In this document: piece after piece, positions 12,753-26,221 of the stretch
Position numbering within the stretch: position 1 is the stretch's first letter
Layout of the letters: the number at the start of each line of letters is the position of its first letter
Assembly: GCF_006345805.1 (NCBI RefSeq)
Contig: NC_042997.1
Location: 124,868,001 to 124,932,000 of the forward strand
Reading direction: 5' to 3'
Length of the DNA: 64,000 bases
Source of the DNA: Octopus sinensis
Taxonomy: Eukaryota
Program-made: the position numbers and the translations under genes
Notes under the pieces: generated by a model
What the model was told of the DNA's origin: nothing
What the model saw: the letters and a program-made list of their open reading frames with translations, nothing else
Databases searched by the model: none

Positions 12753-13289
12753 ATGTGGTCGTTCGCATGTGTGCGTCTGTGTGCGTGCTGAGTTCGTAGA
12801 TGTATAAATTGAGAGCTGTTTCGCTGCATTATTTATACTTCGCAGTGATGAAGATTGTGTTGGATGTCGTTAGCTGTTAGAAGGTGAAAAAAAAAGAAAA
12901 TGTCACAAGATGTAATGTCAATAATGGGAGTTAATGTAGTAATATTAATCTTGATAGTATTTACTTAAGGTAAATAGTGTGACCATAATTCTCTAATGGA
13001 ATAAATCCATTATCATTGGGTCAATGGCATCAGATAATCTTGTTAGTGAAGCGGTCTTAGGTAGATTACTGTTCGCTATATTAAAAATTCTCATTGTTGA
13101 CCTTCCATGAACAAGCAGGTCTGCTCTTATCATGAAATACCACCGCTGACAGTGAATACTCGACCACTCAGAAATAACAGCCAAATATTGTATGAATATC
13201 TATTTCTGCTACTATTATCTTTTTGTTGGCATCATTTGTCTCGGAGACAATGGAGTTGCGCATAAACTAACCCAGTCCGATTTTTACAT

Positions 13290-13690
13290 TTCATGTCCTC
13301 TCCAGTTTTGCGCAGGCCTGGGCTAGATGTAAGAAAATCCTGGGTAGCCCAATCGTCAGGATTCCTCTATCGACCTTGCTGACGTAGTCCAAAGGAAAGC
13401 AGAGCATTATATTTGGCACTAGTTTGGTTGCAGGAGCTGCCAGAAGAGTGCCGAGTCGAACACTAAACCACCTACGGGGCTCCACTCCGGGCTTCCTTGA
13501 AGGTTGTCTCCTTTCCGTAACCCTGGATGGGGGCCCATACTGGGTACTGTCAACCGGAGCCAATTGAACCCGGGACTCGTGCCAGACAGTGTCGTCACTC
13601 CCTGAAGTAGTGAAGAAAATCGCTACATATAAGAGAGCTTCTTCATGGTCACTAGGTCTCCTAGACATAACAGCTAAATACATTTCAATA
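13290..13690 (-). mobile_element. Probable 5' UTR fragment of an RTE-clade LINE
   Basis: GC-rich. Minus strand GCAGCTCCTGCAACCAAACTAGTGCCAAA...CCTTTGGAC...GGGCTACCCAGG...GCCCAGGC resembles RTE 5' UTRs as I recall them. Confidence 0.55.
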
Positions 13691-14513
13691 TACCGTTTTT
13701 CGACTTCGGAGTGGTGAAGTCTCCATAGGTAATGTGTTATTAGATGTATGATGTCTGAAAAGAAAGCAGGAGATTATGGTGCCTTGTCGTTGTTCATATA
13801 TTTTATCGATCAGGGATAATCTAGGAGTTACACCATCAATACGAGTAATGTATGAAAACCACATTAATGGTCCCTATACAACGCACTAATTTCAAACTTA
13901 TTTCAAAGCAATCGAAAATAAGGAGACAAAGTACCATTGCTGGTAGAGCGCAAGACTTAAAAGGCATTAGGGTATAATTTTTTGTTCAGCCTCATTTTGA
14001 AATCAAACCTTTTGATGATCGATTTGCAGCTCAACTTTGTGAAACCTAAAAATTCTGATAGGATTTACAATGGTAAATTCAATAAAACATTCAGTTCCAT
14101 GAATATTTGAGGACATTTTGTGCGAAATCACCATTCCTCAACGTGCCTGATTGTTCTCTTGCTGTCATTTTAGAATCAATAGACAACTTTTGTCAAAAGG
14201 CTTTCCCTGTATCTTACTGTGACGGTACAATTCCTGATTCCAGATGCTGTGATGGTTGGATCTACTTTCATTTATTCATCGTTGATCGATAAGATATGTA
14301 CCAGTTAAATACTGAAGTCGCAGTCGTCATAATTTGCCTTAGTATACATCCACTTTCTTAAACGTGTGACAAGTTGTCTATAACAGAACTCAATATTTAC
14401 TCGGTCCTAATTCACGGTAGGTGTATTAGTCTGTTCGGTTTTAAAACAATTTCAAATATTTAAAGATCAGTGCCTACGATTAAATTTAACTTTCGCGATC
14501 TGTAAAAGAAGAC

Positions 14514-14820
14514 TGTGGAGGCGCAATAGCCCAGTGGTTGGGGCAGCGGACTTGCGGTCGGAGGATCGCGGTTTCGATTCCCAGACCGGGCGTTGTGTGT
14601 GTTTATTGAGCGAAAACAGCTAAAGCTCCACGATGCTCCGGCAGGGGGTGATGGCGACCCTTGTTGTACTCTTTCGCCCCAACTTTCTTTCATTCTTCCT
14701 TCCTGTTTTTTGAGTAACGCTGCGATGGACTGGCGTCCCGTCCATCCGGGAGGTGGGGAGGACACATACGCCATAGAAACGGCGAAAACGAGCCCATGAG
14801 TCTGGCTAGGCTTGAAATAA
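14514..14820 (+). mobile_element. tRNA-derived SINE, family D
   Basis: A box (TAGCCCAGTGG), B-box-like GTTTCGATTCC and core TTTATTGAGCGAAAACA.CTAAAGCTCCACG. Copies at 34045 and 56121. Confidence 0.85.
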
Positions 14821-15575
14821 ACACAAATAAAAAATAAAACAAAGAAGAACTAATAGTGTACACCGTATCAATTATATTGATAATAATGCTTCTTGTTAAC
14901 AAATAAAAGCCTCAAGGGTAGAATTAGTAGTTAACTTTATTGTTTCACATCTAATTTGTATTACATAATGGATGAATTTCATTTAAGTCGTTATTATCCA
15001 CAAAGGCATGAAAATCTCAACTTCCAGTAATACTAATATATTGCTGACGCTTTGTATCATTGTGTCTCGGCATTAAATAATTGTTAGTTATTGTTGCAGG
15101 TTTATTGTTGTTGCCTTTTGCGTTCGTTCTTGATAAACTTAGACTCATCAATGACCTTTTACGAAATCTCATTAGTGCTTTGAAATTAGACATAATTGTG
15201 GAAGTAAAAGAAACCAAAACACTAATTCTTCGATTCTTACTTCTGAAATTATTTCTCCGATATTCTTTCCCGACTTCCTTTGTTTTTTAATTTTTTTTTA
15301 TTTTACGAAATATTTATTGAATAGGAATCGATTTTGTAATATTCATTTAAAGTTCTCTTCACATATAATTCTGCTCAATATTTTCGGAAAATATTCAGCT
15401 AATTCAATTGAAAACGAAATTGCTTCCGAGTGGAAAACTGTAAACTTAACAACACTTTAGCATTCTCTCTTACATCATTCAGCATCAATTCAATATTTTC
15501 TGACTCAATATTACAAACTGTTATGATTTGGTACATACGCAAGGTTATTTCTTCATACATACACATACAGGTACA

Positions 15576-15625
<50 letters not shown>

Positions 15626-17249
15626 CTCTTTCTCATTCTCCCTTTCTCTTCCTCTCTCTCTTTCTCATTCTCTCTTTCTCTTTCTCTTTCCTTCTCTCTC
15701 TTTCTCATTCTCTCTTTCTCTCTCTCTTTCTCATTCTCTCTTTCTCTTTCTTTCTCATTCTCTCTTTCTCTATCTCTCTATTTCTCTCCCTCTCTTTCTT
15801 ACACACACACACACTCATACACACACGCGCGCGCGCGCACATACATACGCACATGCGTTTGAACTAAAAAAAACGACTTTGTTTACTTCATACCTTTATC
15901 CGTTTGCAGACACTGTGATGTTAAAGTACGAAAAAAAAAGAGCAAAAAAGAAAAAAATACGATAGAAATACAAGGGACTGAAGAATACAGAGAGATATTA
16001 GATATGGTTGTTTGTTATAGTAGGTTAAAAAGAATATAATTATTTACGCTAATGAAATTAGATAATTTACTCTGTATTTGATTCTGTTCTCTGACTTTTT
16101 TCACTGACTGGTCATTGCAATATATCTCGTCAGTTCATTAAGTGGCCATTCACATCGTTAATGCTCCACTGAATGGGTTGAAATGTTTTGTTATTCGTTC
16201 TTATTCTTCTTCACCTACAATTACGGTTTACTATTTTGTGGACTATGACGTGATGAAACCTAGAAATTTTGCGGTAGGTTTCATATTTTCTCACTCATTA
16301 ACGAAGTAAATGAAATCACTTCAAATAAAATAACGAGAACGTTCTACACTTCGGTGATTATCAAAGACTAATAATGAGTTAGATGAGAGGTTTTTTTCAA
16401 GTAGACTAGGAAGATAAGTGGAACAAATTTAAACTTTGCCGAATTGGAATATACAATTTGTAATATACAGGGTAAACTAAAATCCTTTCAAAATATCTAC
16501 ATCAAAATTGCTCTATGAACGATAATATCTTTACATTGATTGTGGAGGAATCTGGACGAGTATAAGTGCATTAATATTGAAAGTACAGCTACGTCGACAA
16601 ATTACAAACCTGTAGAGCAAAGGTAATCTAATATTTAGTCGTAGACGTTTTAAGGAGTTTTAATCTACTTGGGTGGGTTTTCGACTAATTTATTAAATAT
16701 GAAAGTAAATGAGAGATGTATAACTAGTATGTGACCTCTCAGGAGGTCAATGTTATTGATGCCCAATCTGTGTAGCATTGCGTTTTGTAAAATGTCGAGC
16801 ATGAATCAATTGTAAAATGTTGCAACTCTGGAAATAAATGACTAGATTTGCATCTTGAGTTCTCTTAGACAGTAAGAGGTACCATATTAAAGACGAAAGG
16901 ACGAGAAAATCTGTATATAGCTCACTAGTCAGGGACGTTGGAGTCACGACAGTAAGAGCAGTCATTGAAAAACGTCATCTCTGCAAAGTTGTGGTTGAGT
17001 TTAATTAAATTTTGATAATCTGTTACACAACGTTTTGGGCCTATCAACTTCCACATTTATTTCATATCTGTGAATCATTGCAATCATTAGTTAAGTTCTG
17101 CAGTGTCCAGTAACTAAAACGTGGGGGATATTTTCTCACTGTTCAACTTTAGATATGAGGTGGTACCAAAGAGTTCACGGACTAGTTATGTTTAATACAT
17201 ATTATACGCATGATTCATTGTGCTTCAGGGAGCTTCATATTTGTGTTCG

Positions 17250-18700
17250 TTATACATCAAGATAGTGTACTGCAATACAATTTTCATGATGACGTACTAC
17301 AATTTGGTTTCCATGGTGGTGCAGCGCAATGCATTTTTCTGAATGGTGTTGTGTGAAATATTTTACTTGATGAAGCTGTCATGTATTGGTGCTGCTGAAA
17401 GAATATTTTACTCTATCCTATTTGGAGGATGTGTTCAGAATCTCTATTTCAAAGGGTTATTATACTTATAATAAGGGTTTGCATTATGGTTGAAGCTTGG
17501 TATAAAGTTAAGTCGGAATTCAGCGAAGTCAGACATGATAATCATTGGGTGAGTGGAGCTCACTGGTGTAACCCTAATTTTTAAATTGAAACGTTAGAAA
17601 AGCTTGGCAAAAACAGAGTCTAAGCTAATAGAGCATTATTTGCATGGAAAGCTTCATCATTGGTGGCTTTCTATGAGTGGAGAAATCGATTAAGATTTCG
17701 CATTTTCTGACAATGCGTAAATGACAGTGAAACCCATTAAAAGATGAATTAATATCGGAAGAGGTTTTGTTTTATGCACAACATTAAGTTGAAAACAAAA
17801 CGTAGCGCAAATGCTATCACTTTCTCTGTTGATGTGGAACTTAAAAGTTGTTTTAATTTAAAGGTGGATTCGGAGAGGATTATGAAAAACTAAGAGGGAC
17901 CCAAGATAATAGCCTGCAACAAACGAATTATTGTGATTAATTAGAATGTAAATGTGTTTGTAGATCAAGTGGTGTACAAAATCTATTTCTGCTTTCCCGA
18001 TGATTGATTGAAGCATTAAAGCTAGTAATAGATACGCTCCATTTGCCAGTGGCGGTGGTTGATACCTTGCTTAAAGGATGTAAATCGATTGCTCTTTAAC
18101 TGTAGATCTTTAATGTTGCTACAAATGGAGCATTAGGACTTGTAAGCTTTGCCTTTGTGAAGGATGCTGGAGAATCATACCTAAGAAAGTAGCGATCACA
18201 AGCTTTGATGACTTACACTCATCAGATTCCAGGTACATTTTCTGCCTCAGTCAGCATATAACTGACAGAGCTGTGTTCAGTACCATGACCTGCAATACTA
18301 GAGAGTTAATTTCGTGTTTTGAAGCAAGATCTTGGGAGAAATTTTCCATCATAAAACAGTCGACAGATGTTTCATACGAGGAGTGAGCAGAGGTTGAAAT
18401 CGAGGAAGAAAATGGTTAGTTGTATTTGAAAACTCTGTTTCAGGTATGTGCACGGGCACCTAGACATTGATCTGCAGGTACTTAACAATGGCAAACAATT
18501 TACTTTCATTAATGGCAGGTAGTTATGTAGTAAATTCAACGAGAATGATGAGAAAGAGAAAGATGAGGTGAATGAAATGTCTGCAATGCGTCATGAAATA
18601 GGATCAAATAACAACTGATATTTGGTATCGTTCAGTAGGAGGTGGAAAAATTAAATGCATTTAGCAGAATAAATAAAATTCCCAAACTAACTGGAAATTA
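17250..18700 (-). mobile_element. Highly degenerate CR1/Jockey-group LINE RT relic
   Basis: Minus-strand remnants AIDL..LSKV and Q-A-IILGP.*FFI about 60 codons apart, the spacing of the DxSKAFD and QGS.LGP.LF motifs. Many stops. Confidence 0.35.
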
Positions 18701-18909
18701 TCCGAGTTCTGAGTTGTAGGATGAATCCATTCATTTTGCTCTAATGTAATCTCTTATCGTAGAGTTGTTTTTTGTTTTTGTTGTTTTATTGTTTTGTGTT
18801 TTTTTTTTTGCTTCTATGCAGCCCTAGTCTTTCGGTACTACATTTGTTTATTGTTTTGGAAATACAAATAAATAAATAAATAAATGTTTCCGCTTATTTT
18901 AGATGTATG

Positions 18910-19963
18910 AGGATAGAGTGCCAAGTAGTAAAAAGATGACCATTTTGGATACTTGCTTGTTTAGGTTGCAGAACTGGCACAGTCATTTGAGACATTGTGT
19001 TGTTACTGCAGAATTTTTAAAAATTAAAAAGAAATGACGTTCAGGTTTTAAAGTGAAATTCGACCTCACAGACTCTCTGCCTTCTGGATGATCTGTTCAG
19101 TTCGATAACAATCATTTGAACGAAATCATTCACAAAGATCCGTGCCAATACACTCTTGATATGACCCAAAAGTTATGACCTCAATTATACCATTGTCCAT
19201 CACCTTTACTCGAAAGATAAGGCACAAAACCTTGGTACTTGGGTACAACTGCTTGGGTACAACGAAAGAGACAACCTTCAGCACTCTCTTACTCTGTCAG
19301 GTACTCATGAAACTCCAGGCTACTCATGGATACAAGCAAAGATTTATTTATCTCCTCGTCACTGGCGATATAAAATGGTGTCTTTCTTTCAATATGAAGC
19401 AGAGGAATAAATGCCCGAGTCCTGTGAAGTAGGTAAAACCTCGAGACAAGCCACATGTGTATTCTCATAAGAAAACGATTTGCCTTTTTGTGGAATAGGG
19501 AAGGGCTAGTCCCCTAAGAAATACTTGAAAACAAGCACACAGTCAATGCTCAGTATTATGTTCAGCAAATACACCGCTCAGCGATGCGATGTCGCTGATA
19601 CTATCCTACCAGCGATGTAACATATGTTTTCACGACAATGCTCGCCCCACCCATCGTCTTTAATACGAACAAAAATGCTGTTCGGTTGGGTAGTTCTACT
19701 ACATTTCTGTATTTTCTGATATAGCATCTGCAGATTATTACCTTGTTTGCTCGTTCGCCAGTAATGAATGAGGCATTGCATACAGTAACCACGTGGAGCT
19801 GAAATCGTGACTCGATGACATTTTCGAGACAAGACTCAAGGATTCTCAACATTAAGACATTGACAAGCTTGTGGAGCTTGGTAAGAAATCACGAACAATA
19901 GTTGATGAAAAATAAGGATTAAAATAAACTGGAAAGAAAACAAATTTATCTGACAACCTAATA
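18910..19963 (+). mobile_element. Degenerate mariner transposon
   Basis: Remnants ECQV, LVTGDIKWC, HDNARP and SDIASADY. The right end TTATCTGACAACCTAATA resembles the TIR of the 582-1373 element. Confidence 0.75.
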
Positions 19964-21507
19964 GAAGATAAAAGTGGGATAAAGAACCGAGTCTATATAA
20001 GGATAGAATATTCCTTCAAGAAAGAAATCCGAGCATGTCGGGTTTAGATGAAGTCACAAGGATAGGTTAGAAATGGAGGAGTAAAGATTTATTTCAGACA
20101 GGGACATGCAGGTTAGGCGTTTTAAATCTTTCAATCAGGCGAGACAGAAAAAAGAAGTTATCCCCAAAACGGAAATCTGATCCAAGTGCTTTCAGTAGAG
20201 TGGACCCTTCTAAAGGCACTTAAGAAGCAAATTGTTGGTGCTAAACCGTTTGACAGATAAAGTTAACTACTCATACTAGGTATGGCGGAATCGGAAGGCA
20301 AACAAAAACAACAGCGACATCAAGATTACACTAACCCATTCTACACATATGTGTGATCATTTTTTTATCGACCTTGAAAGGATGAAATGCAAAAATGACT
20401 TCAGCGAGATTTGATCCTGAGCGCAGAGGTTCACAACAGATACGAAGAGTTACTTTATTCAATGCTCAAAATATTCTATGTTTGTATATAGTTGGATGTG
20501 TGCATGTGTATTAGTGTGCGCGTACGAGTGTGTGTGTGTGTGTGGTGTGTGTGTGTGTGTGTGTGAGTGTGTATTTGTGTGTGTATGTGAACGTGTTTCT
20601 GTGTGTGCGAATAGGGTTAGGTTTGAGCGAAGTCCATTGATATAGACGAAGAGGGTGGAAAATTGTCCAGTGTTGCAGTAGGTAGGTCTATGTTATTTGA
20701 TGTCATTCATTTTTCTAGAATAAATCAAATAAGATTACACTGGAGTGTTCCAATAAAATTCAATTGATTCAGCTATTCAGACAGATGATATCTGAGCTGA
20801 AGTTAATCTAAAGAAATTATTCTTGGAAATCGAATTCTTTCGAAGCAAAGAAATCAAAATAAATCATTATAGAGTGGAAAAGGTCATCTGATTCGGTAAG
20901 ATAATATCATATTTTTAGATACGTAGGACTTAAATATGTTCTGAAAATCGGCGTTTAGAGCGTTAAGGCAAAATGGAATGGTTTTCGCATAGCATCGATG
21001 CATAAAATATTACATACTTTTGATTCGAATACGTCAAATACGACTATCTCTACCTTGTGTCTAAATTGTTATGCATATATCAATATTTATGAGAGAAGGA
21101 CACACTGACACACACAATAAAAACATATAATATGCATATATGTAAATATATACTCATGCATGTATGCATGTATGTATGTATGTATATACATATATACATA
21201 TATGTATATGTATATGAAGGGTATATAGGAAGAAAGAGATATGGAGGATAACATTGGTAGATACTCATGTATGAGTGAATATATTACCACTTGAACTGGA
21301 CTTTATTGCCATTGTATAAAGTTGAAGCACATTAAACTGCAATTTATCGGGTGCAAGACATACTCATTGAATTTCGATATAATTGCATAAAATGTTTTAA
21401 TTTAGCGTATTTATATGTCTATGCATTATTTGTCTATAGGCATATATATACATAAAACATATATATATATATACATACATACATACATATATTTATATAA
21501 ACATATC

Positions 21508-21583
<76 letters not shown>

Positions 21584-21746
21584 ATGTGCTTGTGTGTGTG
21601 TATGTATGTAGGTATGTATGCATCTATGTACACACATGAATGTGACTGATCGTGTATGTACGAGTAATTGGTTACCACGCTTGACATGTATGCATATGTA
21701 CTGTGTTCAGTCTGTGTTTATAGACGAGTATATATTGCTTGTTGTC

Positions 21747-21837
21747 GTATCATTCTAGGTTTCACTTCACGTAACTTGCTATCGTATACATAATATATAC
21801 GATAGCAAGTTATCTGATGTGAAACCCCAAATGATAC
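21747..21837. other. Near-perfect 91-nt hairpin (pre-miRNA-like or mini-MITE)
   Basis: 31-bp upper stem with 2 mismatches and 1 G-U, 7-nt loop, plus an 8-bp basal stem after a 3x3 internal loop. Confidence 0.7.
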
Positions 21838-22238
21838 TACGCATGGAGATGTTTCCAGACAGTCCATTTGCCCCCCACCTACCATTAATGCCCGTTGTCA
21901 TATTTTAGTATTAACTAATGCATCCATAAAGGTGGTGTACCAGAAGAATCGTTAGCACTTCGGCCAAAATGTTTAGTAATATTACTCCAGGCACCTTAAA
22001 TTGTGAGTAAAAATCCCAGTTTATCAACCTTACTTTTCGATTGATAATGGAACCATTATTCAAAGCAAAACTCAAAGTATAAACACGCAGATAGCAATGT
22101 ACGTATATTCTTACTTGCGTGTACACACACACACATACACACACACACAAACACACATACATACACACATACACACATATACACACACACACATATATAC
22201 ACACACATACATACACACACACACACATACACACACAC

Positions 22239-22321
<83 letters not shown>

Positions 22322-23929
22322 CAAGTTGCACACATACACACACGTGGGCATTTATATGCATGAATATGTATGTATATATCAGTTACCGTACGGTATTTTG
22401 TCTAATGTTCTAAAGGGTCTTCTGTTCCGCCAACTTCCTTTCAAATCATATCCTGCTATCTTGAGAAGAAGAAACTCTTTAGATAAAATTCTCCTACAAA
22501 GGCATTTGCCGGGTGAAAGATGAGATGCTCATGGCTAGAACGCCTTTGATAATAGATCTGGACAACATGAGCCAAAGCGGGAGCTAAACAAAATCAAAGA
22601 CATTATCATCGACATGATAACACCAAATGGCTGATTCTGTTGTAATACTCTTGCCAGCGAAAGGTTGCTGGTGTTATGACTGTGTCACTTAGGCTTTCCC
22701 CACTCACACCACATTCTCTTCTCATCACTTTTGTTGTACTGCGTCTTATCTTTCAGGTTCCGGATTAATCATGTTTCCCAGTCCTTCCTTCACAGCACGT
22801 CCCTGTTTGGAATTCCTTTCCCGCTCATGACATCCCTGTGGATATCTGTTAGTGAATATCTAAGAGTAATTTAAATGATATCAATTTCTCAGGTGTCGGA
22901 AGACATCCCTCCAACAACAGCAAATAATATAACCACACATACATCTGCATTTAGATGATGCTGATGATGACGATGATGTTGACGATGAAGATGATGATGA
23001 TGATGATGATGATGATGACGATTATGATGATGACGACGACGTCGACGATATCATGTTGATGATGATGATGATGATGATGGTGATGCTGGTGCTGGTGTTG
23101 ATGGTGGTAGTGGCAATTATTTGTATACAAAAGATCATGGGGAAGAACGACATGTTCTTACGTGGCTATGTGAACTGGTCATCAAATGACAGACTCAGGC
23201 ACACTTCGGGAGAGGAGGTGCAAATACGTGAGCTTCAGTCAAAAGGGGAGTGAAGGAGGATTCATGATAACTCTTTCTGTGACGTTTCTCATCTGCTACA
23301 GTTGCGGTGGCCGGCTTATAATTGCTGACAGCCGTCTAAGTATTTGAATGTAATCTCACCGCACCTCTCTCTGTGCTGCGAATCTATCCCACACTGTAGT
23401 GTGTATGTATGTATGAATGAAAAATCATTTAATACAGTTTTTAAGTATAAAGGGATTATTTTTTTAAAAATTACATTTTAAAGAAAGTTATAAAATCTTT
23501 TATCAAAGTTATTTCCTAGCGTATGAGCACTTTCGATTAACCTTTTCAAACACACGTGCTCCTTAGTTAATTTGACTACACACACACACACACACACACA
23601 AACACATACATATATATATATATATATATATTGTAATTTCAGCTCAGAGCTGCGGCCATGCTGGGGTACGCCGTTTTGCCACACTGTTATCATTGAGAGT
23701 CTCCTCTAATAGGTGGCACTTGGTGAATCAGGGAGTTTGATGTCACTACCCTCAGTTGTACCGCTTACCGCGAGGTAGGTTTATCCGGAACTTTCGACAG
23801 GAAAAGGTCCAGTTTTGATTTGAAAACACCTACATCCAGAAGAAGAAGAAGAAGAAGAAGAAGAAGAAGAAGAAGAAGAAGACTGACTCAGCTCTAAAAA
23901 CCTTCGATGCCATCATTTAACATCATTAA

Positions 23930-25045
23930 ACGGAATCCTACGGAGCTCCAGAGAACATGGACCACCCTACAGCAGACGTAGACCGTCTGTAACTACCTAG
24001 AAGCAGTAGGTGAGGAGAGGAATGATGCAATTAGAATTGTGCTATAAGACTTCCAATATAGGAATGAACAGGTACTTATCTAGAATAGCGGAATTGATGC
24101 TGCGACTTGTGTACGAACATGAAAGCTATAAGTCATATTCTATTGTCAAAGAAGCTTATAAATTCGAAAGGGAACTGTGCATCAACCATGAATTCGATGA
24201 GGGGCCTGAAATCACTGCTACCAAGCAAGCAAAATGAATCAAGCAGACTGCAAAAAAGAACGGACAGAAACAGAGTGAGAAGTGGTTGAATACATTATCC
24301 GAAGTAAAAATGCTGATGTAGCCCAAGCAACAACCCTTTAGTGACTGAGGAGTTCAGGATTGAAAGCAGAGACTGAAGCCTTCATACTGGCAGCACAAGA
24401 TCAATGCTTGCTTACTATCTAGAAATTACCAGGATAACGTTCTCCAAAACGGTGCTGTCGCTAAATGCAGATTCTGCGACACATTTGACAAAACAGTAGA
24501 CTATCTCGTTTCGAGATGTCTTGTGCTGGCACCAAACGAATGCAGAAATCGCCACGATAGAATAGGGCAGTATTTACACTGGAAAATATGTAAAAACTAC
24601 AAAATCGGTATGAGCATCATGCTTACTGGTATGAACATCATCCTGAGCCAGTTGTTGAAGGTAAAAATATCACTGTCCTCTGAGATTTCCCAGTCAAGAG
24701 AACAGTCCAGGAAAATCGATCAGGCATAATTATTAAAGAGAGGGAAGAAAATACTTGCAGACTTATAGATGTAATCGTTCCCACTGATAAAAAATATAAG
24801 TAAAGGAGTTTGACAAACTTAGTAAATATAAAGACCTAGAAATTAAAATACAAAAGACGTGGAGTCTCAGAGCAAAAACTGTTCCTATTATTGTAGGTGC
24901 CCTATTTGTGATAAAAAAGGGATGCCAGAAAGATTTAGACAACATCCCAGGAGAATCACATCTCCAAGAAATTCAAAAGATTGTGCTGGCAAGTACTGCG
25001 CACATCCTTAGATTAATCCTATCAATTTAAATGTTTGTGTTGTAT
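23930..25045 (+). mobile_element. 3' part of an R4/Dong-like LINE
   Basis: HPTADVDRL, GMMQLELCYK, AAQDQ.L, CRFC..TVDYLVSRC.VLAPNECRNRHDRIGQYLHW.IC, LIDVIVP.DKNI..KEFDKLSKYKDL and QKIVLASTAHIL. Confidence 0.88.
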
Positions 25046-25142
25046 TATATCGTCGGAATTTGAACTCAGGACCTAAAGACGGTAAATATATAACCCGGCA
25101 TGCCAACGATTCTGCCACCTCGTCACTTTGATAATAGTACAC

Positions 25143-25183
<41 letters not shown>

Positions 25184-25249
25184 GCTACTATTACTACTAC
25201 TACTACTACTAATAATAATAATAATAATATATATATATATATATATCTA

Positions 25250-25416
25250 TGTATAAAACAGAAAATTGCACTACTTGGCACTAGACACATTCTACACAAA
25301 ACACTTTCAATGCAGTAACCATAAGAACATCACAGCAAACCACAACACATACCCAAGGCATACAGAGCCGCGCTCAGTAGTGAAGTGAAAGACGCTATAA
25401 AAATAAAACTACTGAA
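25250..25416 (+). mobile_element. Extreme 3' end of another R4/Dong-like subfamily, followed by (TAA)n
   Basis: KQKIALLGTRHILHKTLSMQ* plus a 3' UTR nearly identical to the repeats at 38738-39110. Confidence 0.82.
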
Positions 25417-25417
25417 T

Positions 25418-25467
<50 letters not shown>

Positions 25468-26020
25468 GAAGAAGAAGAAGAAGAAGAGAAGAAGAAGAAG
25501 AAGAAGAAGAAGAAGAAGAAGAAGAAGAATCGTTTGGCAGTATTTTTTATAGTATCTGCGCTAAAGTACATCGATATTATACCAAATCCTATCTTCAAGT
25601 ACATTCTATTTATTTACCAGTGAATCACCGAAATATATCACTGAATATTCATACGTAAACAGCTTCATACTACGAATATCTACTATATGGATAGTGTGTA
25701 TATATAAGCTCATGTTTCAAAAATTGATTCCCAATTTAGACATATTAATTATATGTAACCATTTATAGATGCAATAACGATCCACTTTTTTTGTTCTGCT
25801 TGTACAAAAAAATGAAGTTCACCATCAGTTATAGATCAAAATTATATTTGTAAGTTTGTATATTTCTTCCCATATGATGTTGTTTTCTGCATAACAGAAC
25901 TTAGGATCTCATCTATAAAATGTATTAATTCATCTGCACTGTTCGTAAACATTATAGCATGAATCTATACGTATATGCATACGCAAATACAAACAACTCA
26001 TACACACAGTTATTTAGTTA

Positions 26021-26089
<69 letters not shown>

Positions 26090-26125
26090 TATATGTATGT
26101 ATATGTATAATATATATATATATGC

Positions 26126-26204
<79 letters not shown>

Positions 26205-26221
26205 GTGTGTGTATATATATA

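Noticed and set aside
13290-13690. HDV-like ribozyme expected in some RTE 5' UTRs
   Set aside because: I could not fit the nested double-pseudoknot by eye. It needs a motif search.
17155-17195. Mariner-TIR-like sequence TATGAGGTGGTACCAAAGAGTTCACGGACT
   Set aside because: No partner TIR or transposase remnant found nearby.
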